Source: an uncultured Parachlamydiaceae bacterium (GTDB lineage: Bacteria > Chlamydiota > Chlamydiia > Chlamydiales > Parachlamydiaceae). From it: a DNA stretch of 64,000 bases. This document shows, in pieces, positions 38,605 to 47,685 of the stretch. The notes under the pieces were generated by a model, which saw only the letters and a program-made list of their open reading frames with translations, was not told the DNA's origin and did not search any database. How positions within the stretch are numbered: the stretch's first letter is position 1; the number at the start of each line of letters is the position of its first letter. The stretch lies in NCBI GenBank assembly GCA_963742415.1, contig CAVULX010000003.1, forward strand, positions 352,001 to 416,000, written 5' to 3'. The position numbers and the translations under genes were made by a program.

Positions 38605-39529
38605 AGATACTCCTATAAAATTCTGCTAGTTCATTCCATGCGTGGGTTTCATCCCATTGCAGTTCTTGCGGATTTAAAGGGGAGTCATTGACCCGGATGA
38701 GAGGCTCTGAAAAATCGACTTGTTTTCCGATTTCATATCGGCACGGAAGGGAAAGCCTGTGTGCCATCTCCTGGGCAAAACGAGCTGTAAATGCCCCTTG
38801 AGATTCGAGGTAAAAGCTTGGATTTGTCTTTTCACACCCTGGGGATACGGTTAATCCTCTTGCAAAGGCCGCATACGCCTTTGCCAATAGGGACACAGGA
38901 ATATTATCTCTCACATAATCGGGAGTCCTTACAATTGGAATTTCCCTTTTCAGCCAAGCTTGAATGAGATAGCTGGTGTAACGGACCTCTTCATAAGGGC
39001 CGAAAGGATTGGGAATCACGAATTTGCCTAATTTCATCTTTAACGTTGTGGTGTAATACCGGAAAACCTCCGATGTTAGCCCTTTGGACAAGCCATATGG
39101 TGAAACAGCTCGTAAGTCATCGGACCCTTTCCCCTCATTCTGCTCGAAGACACTTCCTGTGAGGAGGATCTTATGGCAATTTTTGTGGATAAGGGCTTCC
39201 AGAACATGTTTGATGCCATGGCTGTTATTGGCCAAGGCTATAGCAGGGTTAAAATCGGGGCTTTTATAATTGGCCACATCGGCAGCATGGTGGCAAAAGA
39301 GATCCCAATCATTCTGCTGAATGATCTCGAGAAAAAAAGGAGTTCCGAAAGGGCAGTTAAAAACATTTTCACAGACGCTGTTTAAAAGCTCCACACGTTT
39401 TCGACGAAGACCTGTGTAAGAGGGAAAAGGGGATCGAAAACATGCCGTCACCTGATGCCCTGCCTGGACAAGTTCTTTTACAAACCACATACCTGTGAGA
39501 GAACTCCCGCCTGTAAAAAGAATTTTCAT
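38591..39529 (-). CDS. NAD(P)-dependent epimerase/reductase (extended SDR)
   Basis: ILFTGGSSLTG, YGLSK, IPNPFGP. Confidence 0.85.
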   Translation of the reverse strand: MKILFTGGSSLTGMWFVKELVQAGHQVTACFRSPFPSYTGLRRKRVELLNSVCENVFNCPFGTPFFLEIIQQNDWDLFCHHAADVANYKSPDFNPAIALANNSHGIKHVLEALIHKNCHKILLTGSVFEQNEGKGSDDLRAVSPYGLSKGLTSEVFRYYTTTLKMKLGKFVIPNPFGPYEEVRYTSYLIQAWLKREIPIVRTPDYVRDNIPVSLLAKAYAAFARGLTVSPGCEKTNPSFYLESQGAFTARFAQEMAHRLSLPCRYEIGKQVDFSEPLIRVNDSPLNPQELQWDETHAWNELAEFYRSIYGGA

Positions 39530-40092
39530 TGGGTAATAGCCTCATCGACAAGCAAATGGTAAGAAGGGTCGAAGTCGGGGTGGCTTTGATCCCTCTCAGA
39601 AATATTCGTGGGTGCTGAAGGCCAAGAAATCTTAAATGTCGGATCATTCCACCGGACCCCCCGTTCAAACTCTTTTGAGTAGACTGCGGATACAAAATAA
39701 AGCACTTCAGAATCCTCTTCGAGAGTTAAAAAACCGTGGGCGAAACCTTTTGGAACATACATCATTGTGCGATTTTCTGCCGATAGTGTAGCTCCGAAGG
39801 ACTTTCCGAAAGTCGGCGAATCTTTTCTAAGGTCGAGGATCACATCATAAAAGGAGCCGCGGACACAACGCACCAGTTTTGTTTCTGCGTGAGGTCCCAA
39901 CTGATAATGCAACCCCCTTAAAGTTCCTGCGTGAACGCTATGGGAGTTGTTAGCTTGAATAAAGTTTGTGTCCAAGCCATGCCGTGCAAATTCTTCTGTG
40001 CAAAATAGGCGGGAAAAAAATCCGCGAGCATCTTCCCTTTTTTCCAAATCTATTAAATAAGCTCCCGCTAGGGGAAATGGAGTATAGCGCAT
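39526..40092 (-). CDS. rfbC: NDP-4-keto-6-deoxyglucose 3,5-epimerase (RmlC/RfbC family)
   Basis: DARGFF, GTLRGLHYQ, KLVRC, VPKGFAHGF. Confidence 0.92.
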   Translation of the reverse strand: MRYTPFPLAGAYLIDLEKREDARGFFSRLFCTEEFARHGLDTNFIQANNSHSVHAGTLRGLHYQLGPHAETKLVRCVRGSFYDVILDLRKDSPTFGKSFGATLSAENRTMMYVPKGFAHGFLTLEEDSEVLYFVSAVYSKEFERGVRWNDPTFKISWPSAPTNISERDQSHPDFDPSYHLLVDEAITQ

Positions 40093-40117
40093 CGTTTTCC
40101 TTTTTTTACCAATTTAA

Positions 40118-40155
40118 AATTTGAAGTGCGGCGGCTTGGCGCCGCACTTCAAATT
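40118..40155. repeat. Perfect 16-bp hairpin (REP-like) between rfbG and rfbC
   Basis: AATTTGAAGTGCGGCG-GCTTGG-CGCCGCACTTCAAATT. Confidence 0.75.
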
Positions 40156-41272
40156 AATTTCTAACACATACTTTCTCCCTCTCTTTTGCCCAGGGGAGGT
40201 TGAGCTCAGAGGCTTTGACTGCATGGTCTTCAATATGGGAAACCGCCACTTCGTACATATCGTGCCCTGCTGCATAGGCTTTAAACCAATCGATAGTTTC
40301 TTTTACGCTTTCTTCCCAATTGTAGACAGGCCGCCAATTTAAATCGTTTGCAGCTTTATCCCAAGCCAAGCGCAACATTTTCATTTCAGGCTTTATGTTA
40401 GATTTTGAGGCATTGACCCATTCCCCTTCTCCCCATAGTTCAATCGCTTTTTCCACAAGGGTATGAACGGCGATTCCTGGGTTTTCTAAAGGCCCAAAAT
40501 TCCAAGCTTGTGCATAGGGGCGGCCTTCTTCTAACAAACAAACTCCCAACCATAAGTATCCGCTAAGTGGATCTAAAACACTCGTCCAAGGCCTGATGCT
40601 GTGGGGATTTCGTATCTGAATCGGTTTCCCTTCGATTAAGGCTTTCATTGAATCGGGAAGGGTTCTATGGGGGGAAAAATCGCCCCCTCCAATCACATTT
40701 CCGGCGCGCGCAGACGCGACTGCCGGCCCGTTTTCTTTGAAAAAAGATTTTTGGTAGGCGGCAATAGCTAATTCTGCCATAGCCTTGCTTGCGCTGTAGG
40801 GATCTTGCCCACCTAAAGGGTCATTTTCCCTATACCCCCAAATCCATTCCTTATTGTCATAACATTTGTCCGTGGTGATCATGACCATCGCTTGGACAGC
40901 TTCGCAATGGCGCGCAGCTTCAAGGACGTTGACAGTTCCCTGGGCATTGATTTCGAAGGTGGCTTTTGGATCTGCATAGGAGTCCAGTACGATCGCTTGA
41001 GCCGCTAAATGGAAAATGATCTCTGGTTGATAATGTGTGATCGCCTGTTGCAGTTTTTCAAAATCGCGAATATCCCCTTCAATGTGGATGATTTTTTCTT
41101 CTAAACGGGTAGCGGCAAAATGGCTGGGGGTGGTGGGAGGGGGCAGACTATATCCGATGACTTGGGCTCCCAACTCTTTAAGCCACAAGGCCAGCCAAGA
41201 GCCTTTAAAGCCTGTATGCCCAGTGACAAGCACTGTTTTTCCTTCATAACAATTCAGAAATTGATTTTTCAT
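40154..41272 (-). CDS. rfbG: CDP-glucose 4,6-dehydratase
   Basis: VTGHTGFKGSWL, HLAAQ, TTDKCY, DPYSASK, RAGNVIGGGD. The ATG at 41272 overlaps the rfbF stop (ATGA). Confidence 0.93.
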   Translation of the reverse strand: MKNQFLNCYEGKTVLVTGHTGFKGSWLALWLKELGAQVIGYSLPPPTTPSHFAATRLEEKIIHIEGDIRDFEKLQQAITHYQPEIIFHLAAQAIVLDSYADPKATFEINAQGTVNVLEAARHCEAVQAMVMITTDKCYDNKEWIWGYRENDPLGGQDPYSASKAMAELAIAAYQKSFFKENGPAVASARAGNVIGGGDFSPHRTLPDSMKALIEGKPIQIRNPHSIRPWTSVLDPLSGYLWLGVCLLEEGRPYAQAWNFGPLENPGIAVHTLVEKAIELWGEGEWVNASKSNIKPEMKMLRLAWDKAANDLNWRPVYNWEESVKETIDWFKAYAAGHDMYEVAVSHIEDHAVKASELNLPWAKEREKVCVRN

Positions 41273-42111
41273 TTTTTTGCCAATACAGGTGAGGGATCCA
41301 CAAAAGAGACGTTGGGCATCCAAGGGGCTTGTCCATTATTCCAGAGGTTGGTTAAGTGGTCTCGATCCCTTTGGGTATCCATGCAAGCCCAAAAACCTCG
41401 ATGCTTATACATATTCAGCTGCCCATCTTCAGCCAATTTGACGAGCGGCATCCTTTCTAGGACACACGCTGGGTCCTTAGATACATATTTTTTAAAAAAG
41501 GTGCGTTGGAAAAAGAAAAAGCCCCCATTGATCCAATTTTCAATGAATTCTGGCTTTTCGGCAAATTCGGTCACTTCATCTCCGGAAAGACGTATTTCCC
41601 CAAAGCGGGAAGGGGGGTTGACTCCCAAAACTGTCCCGACTTTTCCGTGGGAAAGGTGAAATTCAAACTCTTGCTGTAAATTTGCATTGGTTAATCCATC
41701 TCCATAGGTGACAGCAGCATGTTCCGCATTACCCAAATACTTTTCTGCAGCCATCGCAATCCGTCCCCCTGTCATCGTATCCTCTCCTGTGTAGACCACG
41801 GTGACCTCCCAATCTTCTTCATGGTCAATCGAATGAACAGTCAAATTGTTTGTTTTTAGATCGACAGTAAAATCGCTATTCATGGAAGCATAATTTAAGA
41901 AATAGGATTTGATGATTTCAGATTTAAAGCCGGTGCATAGGATGAATTTGCGAAACCCGTAACGGCGGTAAAGATGCATGACGTGCCATAGGATAGGGTG
42001 GTTGCCTATCGGAACCATGGGCTTTGGACGATATTCTGTTTCTTCTTTAAGACGAGTCCCAAGTCCTCCGCATAGAATAAACACAGGAATTTCGTGTATG
42101 CGCTGCATCAT
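41269..42111 (-). CDS. rfbF: Glucose-1-phosphate cytidylyltransferase
   Basis: LCGGLGTRL.EET..RPKPMV, TMTGGR, TYGDG, GFWACMDT.RD. Confidence 0.93.
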   Translation of the reverse strand: MMQRIHEIPVFILCGGLGTRLKEETEYRPKPMVPIGNHPILWHVMHLYRRYGFRKFILCTGFKSEIIKSYFLNYASMNSDFTVDLKTNNLTVHSIDHEEDWEVTVVYTGEDTMTGGRIAMAAEKYLGNAEHAAVTYGDGLTNANLQQEFEFHLSHGKVGTVLGVNPPSRFGEIRLSGDEVTEFAEKPEFIENWINGGFFFFQRTFFKKYVSKDPACVLERMPLVKLAEDGQLNMYKHRGFWACMDTQRDRDHLTNLWNNGQAPWMPNVSFVDPSPVLAKK

Positions 42112-42198
42112 CTTCGCCTCCGCCGTTTTTTTAACACCTTTAGGGAATCGATTTTAATGCTCGAATAGGATCCTGGCAACTGAAAAAAACTTTAGCGT

Positions 42199-43704
42199 TT
42201 ATAACTCGATGAATTTAAATCCTTCGGGAAAAAAAAACATGATATCGGAAGAGGTCATGCAATAGGATGTTAGTTCTAGAGCGGCATGTTCTCCGGCTAA
42301 GCCATGGATATAAACACTGGCTAAAGCAGCATGATGGGGAGAGAGCCCTTGAGCTAAAAGACCTGCAGCTAAACCAGTTAGAACGTCCCCACTCCCAGCC
42401 GTGGCCATCCCGGGATCCCCTTTGGGATTTATATGGATGATTTCATCGGGATGAAATATGAAGGTTGGCCCTCCTTTAAGGATCAAGGTAATTCGTCGAT
42501 CTTCGGCATAACGTTGGCAAGTTTGTAGTAACTGCTTATCAATGGCAACTTCCCCTTCGATTTTTAATAACCGCTTTAATTCCCCAAGGTGGGGAGTGAA
42601 AATCGTTTGTTGGGGTAGGGGAAAATTTTCTTCCGCTAGGAAAAACAGAGCGTCGGCATCTAAGACGCAAGGTTTTTGCAAACCGGGCAAAATTTTGTGC
42701 AATAATTGTTTAACTTCAGTCGTTCGTCCAAGCCCGGGACCGATGAATGTCGCTGAAGCTTTATTCATCGTCTCGATGATAAGATCGGTGTCTTGGGATG
42801 AATAGGCCATTTTTATGAGCTCATAGGGGCTATGAGCTAATTCAGCCTGCATCCCTTGAGGGTGCAGCAGCCTCATCATCCCTGCGCCACTACGCAAAGC
42901 TGCTGAAGAAGAGAGCAGCGCAGCGCCTGGCATTCCCGGGGAACCCGCTAAACCCACAACATAGCCAGCTTGGTATTTATGCCGGTTGCGCACAAGGCGG
43001 GGAAAAAAAGATTTTACGATATCGCTCGTCAACATGATGAAATCAGCTTCCGATTCCTCAATGTACGAATAAGGTAAACCAAAATCGACAAAGCGGAGCC
43101 TTCCGACGTGATTCCACCCTTGATTTAAGAAAAAGCCCGTTTTTGGGAGCGTTAAAAAGGCTGTTTCAGCCGCCAAAATAGCTTGCCCTTCCACCACTCC
43201 GGTTTCCCCATTTAGTCCAGAAGGGATATCGACGGAGATGATAGGCAGATTGGATTCATTGGCTAACCGAATGGCTGCCGCATATAATTCTTCGGCTTTG
43301 CCGTGAAAACCTGTGCCGAAAATTCCATCTAATATAATCCCGTGGACAGGAAAAATGATATCTTCGGGAGAATTGAGCTCATGGACATGCCCCCCTTCAT
43401 TGAGGAAGCGGAAATAATTATCACGGCATAGAGGAGTGCATTCATCGATGGGAGCAAGTTGGAAAGCGTAAACTTCATATTCCAAATGGAGCAGGTGCAC
43501 ACCTGCTACATAAGCGTCGCCGGCATTATTTCCTTTGCCGCAGAGTAAAACGACATGCCTGTCAATTTGATTTCTTTCGGCAAATTCCTGGACAACGAGG
43601 GCCACCCCGCTCCCGGCTTCCTCCATGAAATCGATTTCGGAAGCTCCGTCCCTGTAAGCTTGCGATTCGAGATGGACCATTTGTTTTGGCAAGACAACTT
43701 TCAT
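42199..43704 (-). CDS. nnr: Bifunctional NAD(P)HX epimerase/dehydratase (YjeF)
   Basis: CGKGNNAGD, DGIFGTG, VDIPSG, GPGLG, TPH.GE, MATAGSGDVLTG. Confidence 0.93.
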   Translation of the reverse strand: MKVVLPKQMVHLESQAYRDGASEIDFMEEAGSGVALVVQEFAERNQIDRHVVLLCGKGNNAGDAYVAGVHLLHLEYEVYAFQLAPIDECTPLCRDNYFRFLNEGGHVHELNSPEDIIFPVHGIILDGIFGTGFHGKAEELYAAAIRLANESNLPIISVDIPSGLNGETGVVEGQAILAAETAFLTLPKTGFFLNQGWNHVGRLRFVDFGLPYSYIEESEADFIMLTSDIVKSFFPRLVRNRHKYQAGYVVGLAGSPGMPGAALLSSSAALRSGAGMMRLLHPQGMQAELAHSPYELIKMAYSSQDTDLIIETMNKASATFIGPGLGRTTEVKQLLHKILPGLQKPCVLDADALFFLAEENFPLPQQTIFTPHLGELKRLLKIEGEVAIDKQLLQTCQRYAEDRRITLILKGGPTFIFHPDEIIHINPKGDPGMATAGSGDVLTGLAAGLLAQGLSPHHAALASVYIHGLAGEHAALELTSYCMTSSDIMFFFPEGFKFIEL

Positions 43705-43711
43705 AGGGATC

Positions 43712-44716
43712 CTATTGACATTCGTCCTTGATTGGGCGCCGCATTAGCATCATGACAGCATCTGTTGGCTTTAATCCTTCGTAGATAATTTTGTAAACCA
43801 TTTCAGTAATCGGCATAGGAACATTGCATTGTTTGCATAATTGGAGAGCTGACATGCATGTATAAGCCCCTTCAACAACTGTTTGAATTTCATCTTGAGC
43901 CGCATTGGGGGAAAGTCCTTTAGCTAATAATTCCCCAAAACGGAAATTGCGGCTGATGTTGCAGCTGCAGGTCATGCATAGGTCCCCCATCCCTGAAAGG
44001 CCGTTGAGAGTTTCGGCTTTGCAGCCCCGCGCCATTGCCAATTTACGGATCTCATGCAATCCTCGCGTCATCAAAGCGGCTTTGGCACTCCAACCTAGAG
44101 CCAGCCCCTCTGAAATTCCGCAGGCAATCGCAATAATATTTTTTAGAGCCCCACCATAGGCCACACCTTGGATATCTGAATTGGGATAGACCCGAAAAGT
44201 TTGGGTAGTGAAACATTCGCAAATCAACTGGGCGACATCTTTACGATATCCCGCACCAACAACAGATGTAGGCAGGTTCCGGATCACTTCTTCCGCGTAG
44301 CCAGGGCCGCTGAGGACCCCTACTTTTGACTTGATTTTTTCCCCTAACACTTCGACCACCACATCGGGGAGCGTCAAACCGGTATTTTGTTCGATCCCTT
44401 TCGATGTGACAACAATGGGGCATGAGGGGGTCATGATATTTTTAACTTGCTCAAAGACAGGGCGAATCCCTGCGGAAGTCACAGATTCAACGATAAGCTC
44501 TGCTCCCTCGAGCACCTTCTCCAAATCCGTTGTGATGGTTAACTTTAGATTGTCCGGTAAAGGGACAGAAGGCAAAAAAGGGTGTTTATGTGTTTTATTC
44601 AGGGTTTCTGCAAGAGCTGGTTTTGTGGTCCATAAGGTGACTTGATGCCCTTTCGAAGCTAGAATAGTCGCTAAGCAATACCCCCAGCATCCTGCTCCTA
44701 AATAGCTTATTTTCAT
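43712..44716 (-). CDS. gpsA: NAD(P)H-dependent glycerol-3-phosphate dehydrogenase
   Basis: LGAGCWG, SKGIE, LSGP, GGALKNIIAIACG, GMGDL..TC...SRN. Confidence 0.95.
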   Translation of the reverse strand: MKISYLGAGCWGYCLATILASKGHQVTLWTTKPALAETLNKTHKHPFLPSVPLPDNLKLTITTDLEKVLEGAELIVESVTSAGIRPVFEQVKNIMTPSCPIVVTSKGIEQNTGLTLPDVVVEVLGEKIKSKVGVLSGPGYAEEVIRNLPTSVVGAGYRKDVAQLICECFTTQTFRVYPNSDIQGVAYGGALKNIIAIACGISEGLALGWSAKAALMTRGLHEIRKLAMARGCKAETLNGLSGMGDLCMTCSCNISRNFRFGELLAKGLSPNAAQDEIQTVVEGAYTCMSALQLCKQCNVPMPITEMVYKIIYEGLKPTDAVMMLMRRPIKDECQ

Positions 44717-44807
44717 GGGTTTAGACTCCAAGCCTAACAATTCGAGTTTTGATTCGGATTATAGCAGAAAAACATTTGGAATCCTAGGAACAAAAAAATA
44801 GGGTGAT

Positions 44808-45848
44808 TTATGATCTATTTTTTAACTGCGCAGCTATTTCCTTTGCGGCATAGGTAAAAACAAAGTCGGCTCCTGCCCGCTTAATGGAAAGCAAGCATTC
44901 TTCCATTGCTTGCAAACCATCAATCCACCCATTTTGGGCCGCAGCTTTAATCATGGCATATTCCCCGCTGACCTGATAAGCTCCTATTGGAATATGGGTG
45001 AGATCCCGTGCTTTTGCAATGATGTCAAGATAGGGCAAAGCAGGTTTAATCAAAAGCATGTCTGCTCCTTCGATATCATCTAAACAGCACTCAAGCAAAG
45101 CTTCACGTGTGTTCGCAGGGTTCACTTGGTAGGTTTTTTTATCGCCGAATTTAGGCGCAGAATTTAACGCATTGCGGAAAGGGCCATAGAACGCTGTAAC
45201 AAACTTGACCGCATAGGAAAGGATGCTCACGCTGGAAAATCCTGCATGGTCTAGGGTATGCCGAAGATAGGCGACCCGCCCATCCATCATATCGCTAGGG
45301 GCAATGACATCTGCGCCAGCTTCAGCAGTAATCAAAGCCATTTTGCTTAATGCCTCTAGGGAAGCATCATTTAAAATTGCACCCTCATCGCTTACAATCC
45401 CATCGTGTCCATGGCTTGTGTAGGGATCAAGTGCAATGTCTACCATCACACACATTTCGGGTAGATGTTTCTTTAAGAGACGAACACTTTGAGAAATGAG
45501 ATTGTCGGGGTTAAGAGCTTCGGAGCCCCACCGATCTTTTTTTTCTGAAGGGACGTAAGCGAATAAGTCGATGGCTCTAATGCCAAGAGCATAAAGTTCT
45601 TCAGTTTCTTTGAGGAGCTGATCCAAAGAAATACGGTAAATGTCCGGCATGCTGGCAATGGGCTGTTTCTGATTTGACCCCTCGACGACAAAGATGGGTG
45701 CAACAAATTGGCTAGGGTGAAGGCGCGTTTCTTGTAGGAGCTCCCTGATAGCAGAACTCTTTCTGTTACGGCGAGGCCGCCGGGTCAAATCGATAGCAGA
45801 AAGGGCTAATTGATTAGTAAAAGAAGAAATAGAAAATGTTTGTGTCAT
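44808..45848 (-). CDS. hemB: Porphobilinogen synthase (Asp-rich, Mg-type metal site)
   Basis: RPRRNR, DIALDPYTSHGHDG, APSDMMDGR, FYGPFR, YQVSGEY. Confidence 0.95.
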   Translation of the reverse strand: MTQTFSISSFTNQLALSAIDLTRRPRRNRKSSAIRELLQETRLHPSQFVAPIFVVEGSNQKQPIASMPDIYRISLDQLLKETEELYALGIRAIDLFAYVPSEKKDRWGSEALNPDNLISQSVRLLKKHLPEMCVMVDIALDPYTSHGHDGIVSDEGAILNDASLEALSKMALITAEAGADVIAPSDMMDGRVAYLRHTLDHAGFSSVSILSYAVKFVTAFYGPFRNALNSAPKFGDKKTYQVNPANTREALLECCLDDIEGADMLLIKPALPYLDIIAKARDLTHIPIGAYQVSGEYAMIKAAAQNGWIDGLQAMEECLLSIKRAGADFVFTYAAKEIAAQLKNRS

Positions 45849-45868
45849 GGGGTCTCCTGGGGAATTTT

Positions 45869-47224
45869 TTAAGGTTCGATATAGCCTTTAGGCAACATAG
45901 TTGATCCTCTCCATTTACGCATTAACTGGAGGGAAGGATAATAAAATTGTTGTGCCAATTCAAAGGGGTTTTCAGCAGACTCTTTCCCTGTGATCTCTTT
46001 CCAGATTTCCCTATCTCTCTGCTGCAAAGCCTCAGCCACCGTCACAGGGCTATCCACTCCTTTTGCGTTTTTAAGCGGGGAAAAGCAAGCTTCTCTAGGG
46101 TAAGCCAAAGCTTTGACTTTTCGAGCAAAGGGCAATATGTCAAAGATGAATTTCTCCCCTTTCCATGCCATTAGCGGACTTGAGTCGGATTTATTTCCAT
46201 TAACAGATTTATAGGCTAAATGAAAAGGCATTTCCCCATATTTTTCAGCCAACGCTTTGATGCTCTCCATGCTAAAGCAAAACAAACTCAAATTAGCGCA
46301 TAGGTGTCTTAAACTTCCATCGGGTACGGCAGCATAACGTTCTTTTTCGGGCATTTCGGAGTATTCAACAACCTTGGCCCGATGTTGATCCTGGACAACA
46401 ACCCCTACCTTTTCTTCTTTATCGCGCCGCATGCAACACTTGATCGTGATTTCATTATTTTGTCGAGCGTGAAAACCCAGTAGATTGGCATCGAAAGGAT
46501 CTGCGAGAGGATTATCAACTAACACGTAATTGACCAATTTGATGCCGGCGTCTTGCCAGGCTTTCCAAATCCCATCCTGGACAAAGTAATGTAGTGAAGA
46601 GCCATTCCCATCCGGTCCCTCAGCCAGAGAGCCTTGAGGATCCAAGAATAAGTTACCCTGCTCATTGAAGAGAGGAGACATTTTTTGCGAGAAAAAATAA
46701 AGTTGCTTTTCTGAAAGGCCAAAATTGCGATTTGAGAAAAAATAATTTTTTGTTTCTTCATCATTTAGAGGAGAAGTCATAATCGCTAAAGGGAGGGGGC
46801 GCCCGGCCAGTTCGCTTGCTGCCAAGGTTTTCTCAGCAAAAAGCTGAAACAAGGTTTTGCGCCTTATGGCTGTGACCGGAAACATCCCTTTAGGTCCTGC
46901 AAAATTTAGTCGAGTCCCTTGTCCCCCGGCTAACAACAGGGATCCACATTTTCCTTCACTTATCAATTGACGTCCCAAAGAGATATCTTGCGAGCTGCCT
47001 GCATTCTCATAGGCCTTGAAGGGTTCAAAGGAACCTGCATAAGGAAGATCTTTTTTTAAAAAAGCCGTTTTCAACACTCTGAAAATGTCTAGGTCAAGTT
47101 GATCAATTTGTTTTAGCAGACGATTTTGTTGATCAGCGGTAAGCTGCGGCCAAAAGTCGAGAAGACTTTGTTGACCTATTGTCGAAAGCTTATCTTTGGC
47201 AAGAGAGTAATTGAAATATGTCAT
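45869..47224 (-). CDS. UDPGP-family UDP-sugar pyrophosphorylase (eukaryote-like UAP/UGPase)
   Basis: LAGGQGTRL..GPKG, PDGNG, VDNPL, VVEYSE, K.EKFIFD, FSPLKN. Confidence 0.9.
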   Translation of the reverse strand: MTYFNYSLAKDKLSTIGQQSLLDFWPQLTADQQNRLLKQIDQLDLDIFRVLKTAFLKKDLPYAGSFEPFKAYENAGSSQDISLGRQLISEGKCGSLLLAGGQGTRLNFAGPKGMFPVTAIRRKTLFQLFAEKTLAASELAGRPLPLAIMTSPLNDEETKNYFFSNRNFGLSEKQLYFFSQKMSPLFNEQGNLFLDPQGSLAEGPDGNGSSLHYFVQDGIWKAWQDAGIKLVNYVLVDNPLADPFDANLLGFHARQNNEITIKCCMRRDKEEKVGVVVQDQHRAKVVEYSEMPEKERYAAVPDGSLRHLCANLSLFCFSMESIKALAEKYGEMPFHLAYKSVNGNKSDSSPLMAWKGEKFIFDILPFARKVKALAYPREACFSPLKNAKGVDSPVTVAEALQQRDREIWKEITGKESAENPFELAQQFYYPSLQLMRKWRGSTMLPKGYIEP

Positions 47225-47229
47225 TAGGT

Positions 47230-47685
47230 CTATTCAAATTGCCGTTTAGTTTTAGGGTATCGCATGGTGGCCAACTCATCCAAGGCGTTCTTTTCTACGT
47301 TAAGGTTAAGAGTTTCCCATTCACCATATTTTTTGTCTCGCAAGTTTTCTATAATTTTCCGTTTTTGCATTGCCTTCATGACCTCTCTCCTTCTTAACTC
47401 TAAAATCGCTTGCGCTTCCCGAACGATAATTCGCTGGTGATCGATTTTCTTTTTAAGCACCTCTAAGTAATCGTAATTCATCGTCAAGGATTGGGGATGG
47501 ACATTGTTTTTTTGCAAAACACGAATGTGATCTGTAACTCGATCAAAGTCGCGATGAAATTTTTCTAATATCATGGACATTTTTTGCAATATTAAATGGG
47601 CCTCAAGCAGGTTTCTGTGAGCGATTTCTTCCTTCAAATGCCTAACTTTAAGCAAGGAGGCGAGATTAAAATTAAATTTTTTCAT
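47230..47685 (-). CDS. fliJ: FliJ-like flagellar export stalk protein
   Basis: MKKFNFNLASLLKVR...RKIIENLRDK...EKNALDELA pattern; overlaps the fliI stop. Confidence 0.8.
   Translation of the reverse strand: MKKFNFNLASLLKVRHLKEEIAHRNLLEAHLILQKMSMILEKFHRDFDRVTDHIRVLQKNNVHPQSLTMNYDYLEVLKKKIDHQRIIVREAQAILELRRREVMKAMQKRKIIENLRDKKYGEWETLNLNVEKNALDELATMRYPKTKRQFE

Noticed and set aside
41120-41659. 179-aa plus-strand ORF and the many other short ORFs overlapping long genes
   Set aside because: Antisense or alternate-frame shadows of well-supported genes, with no motifs.
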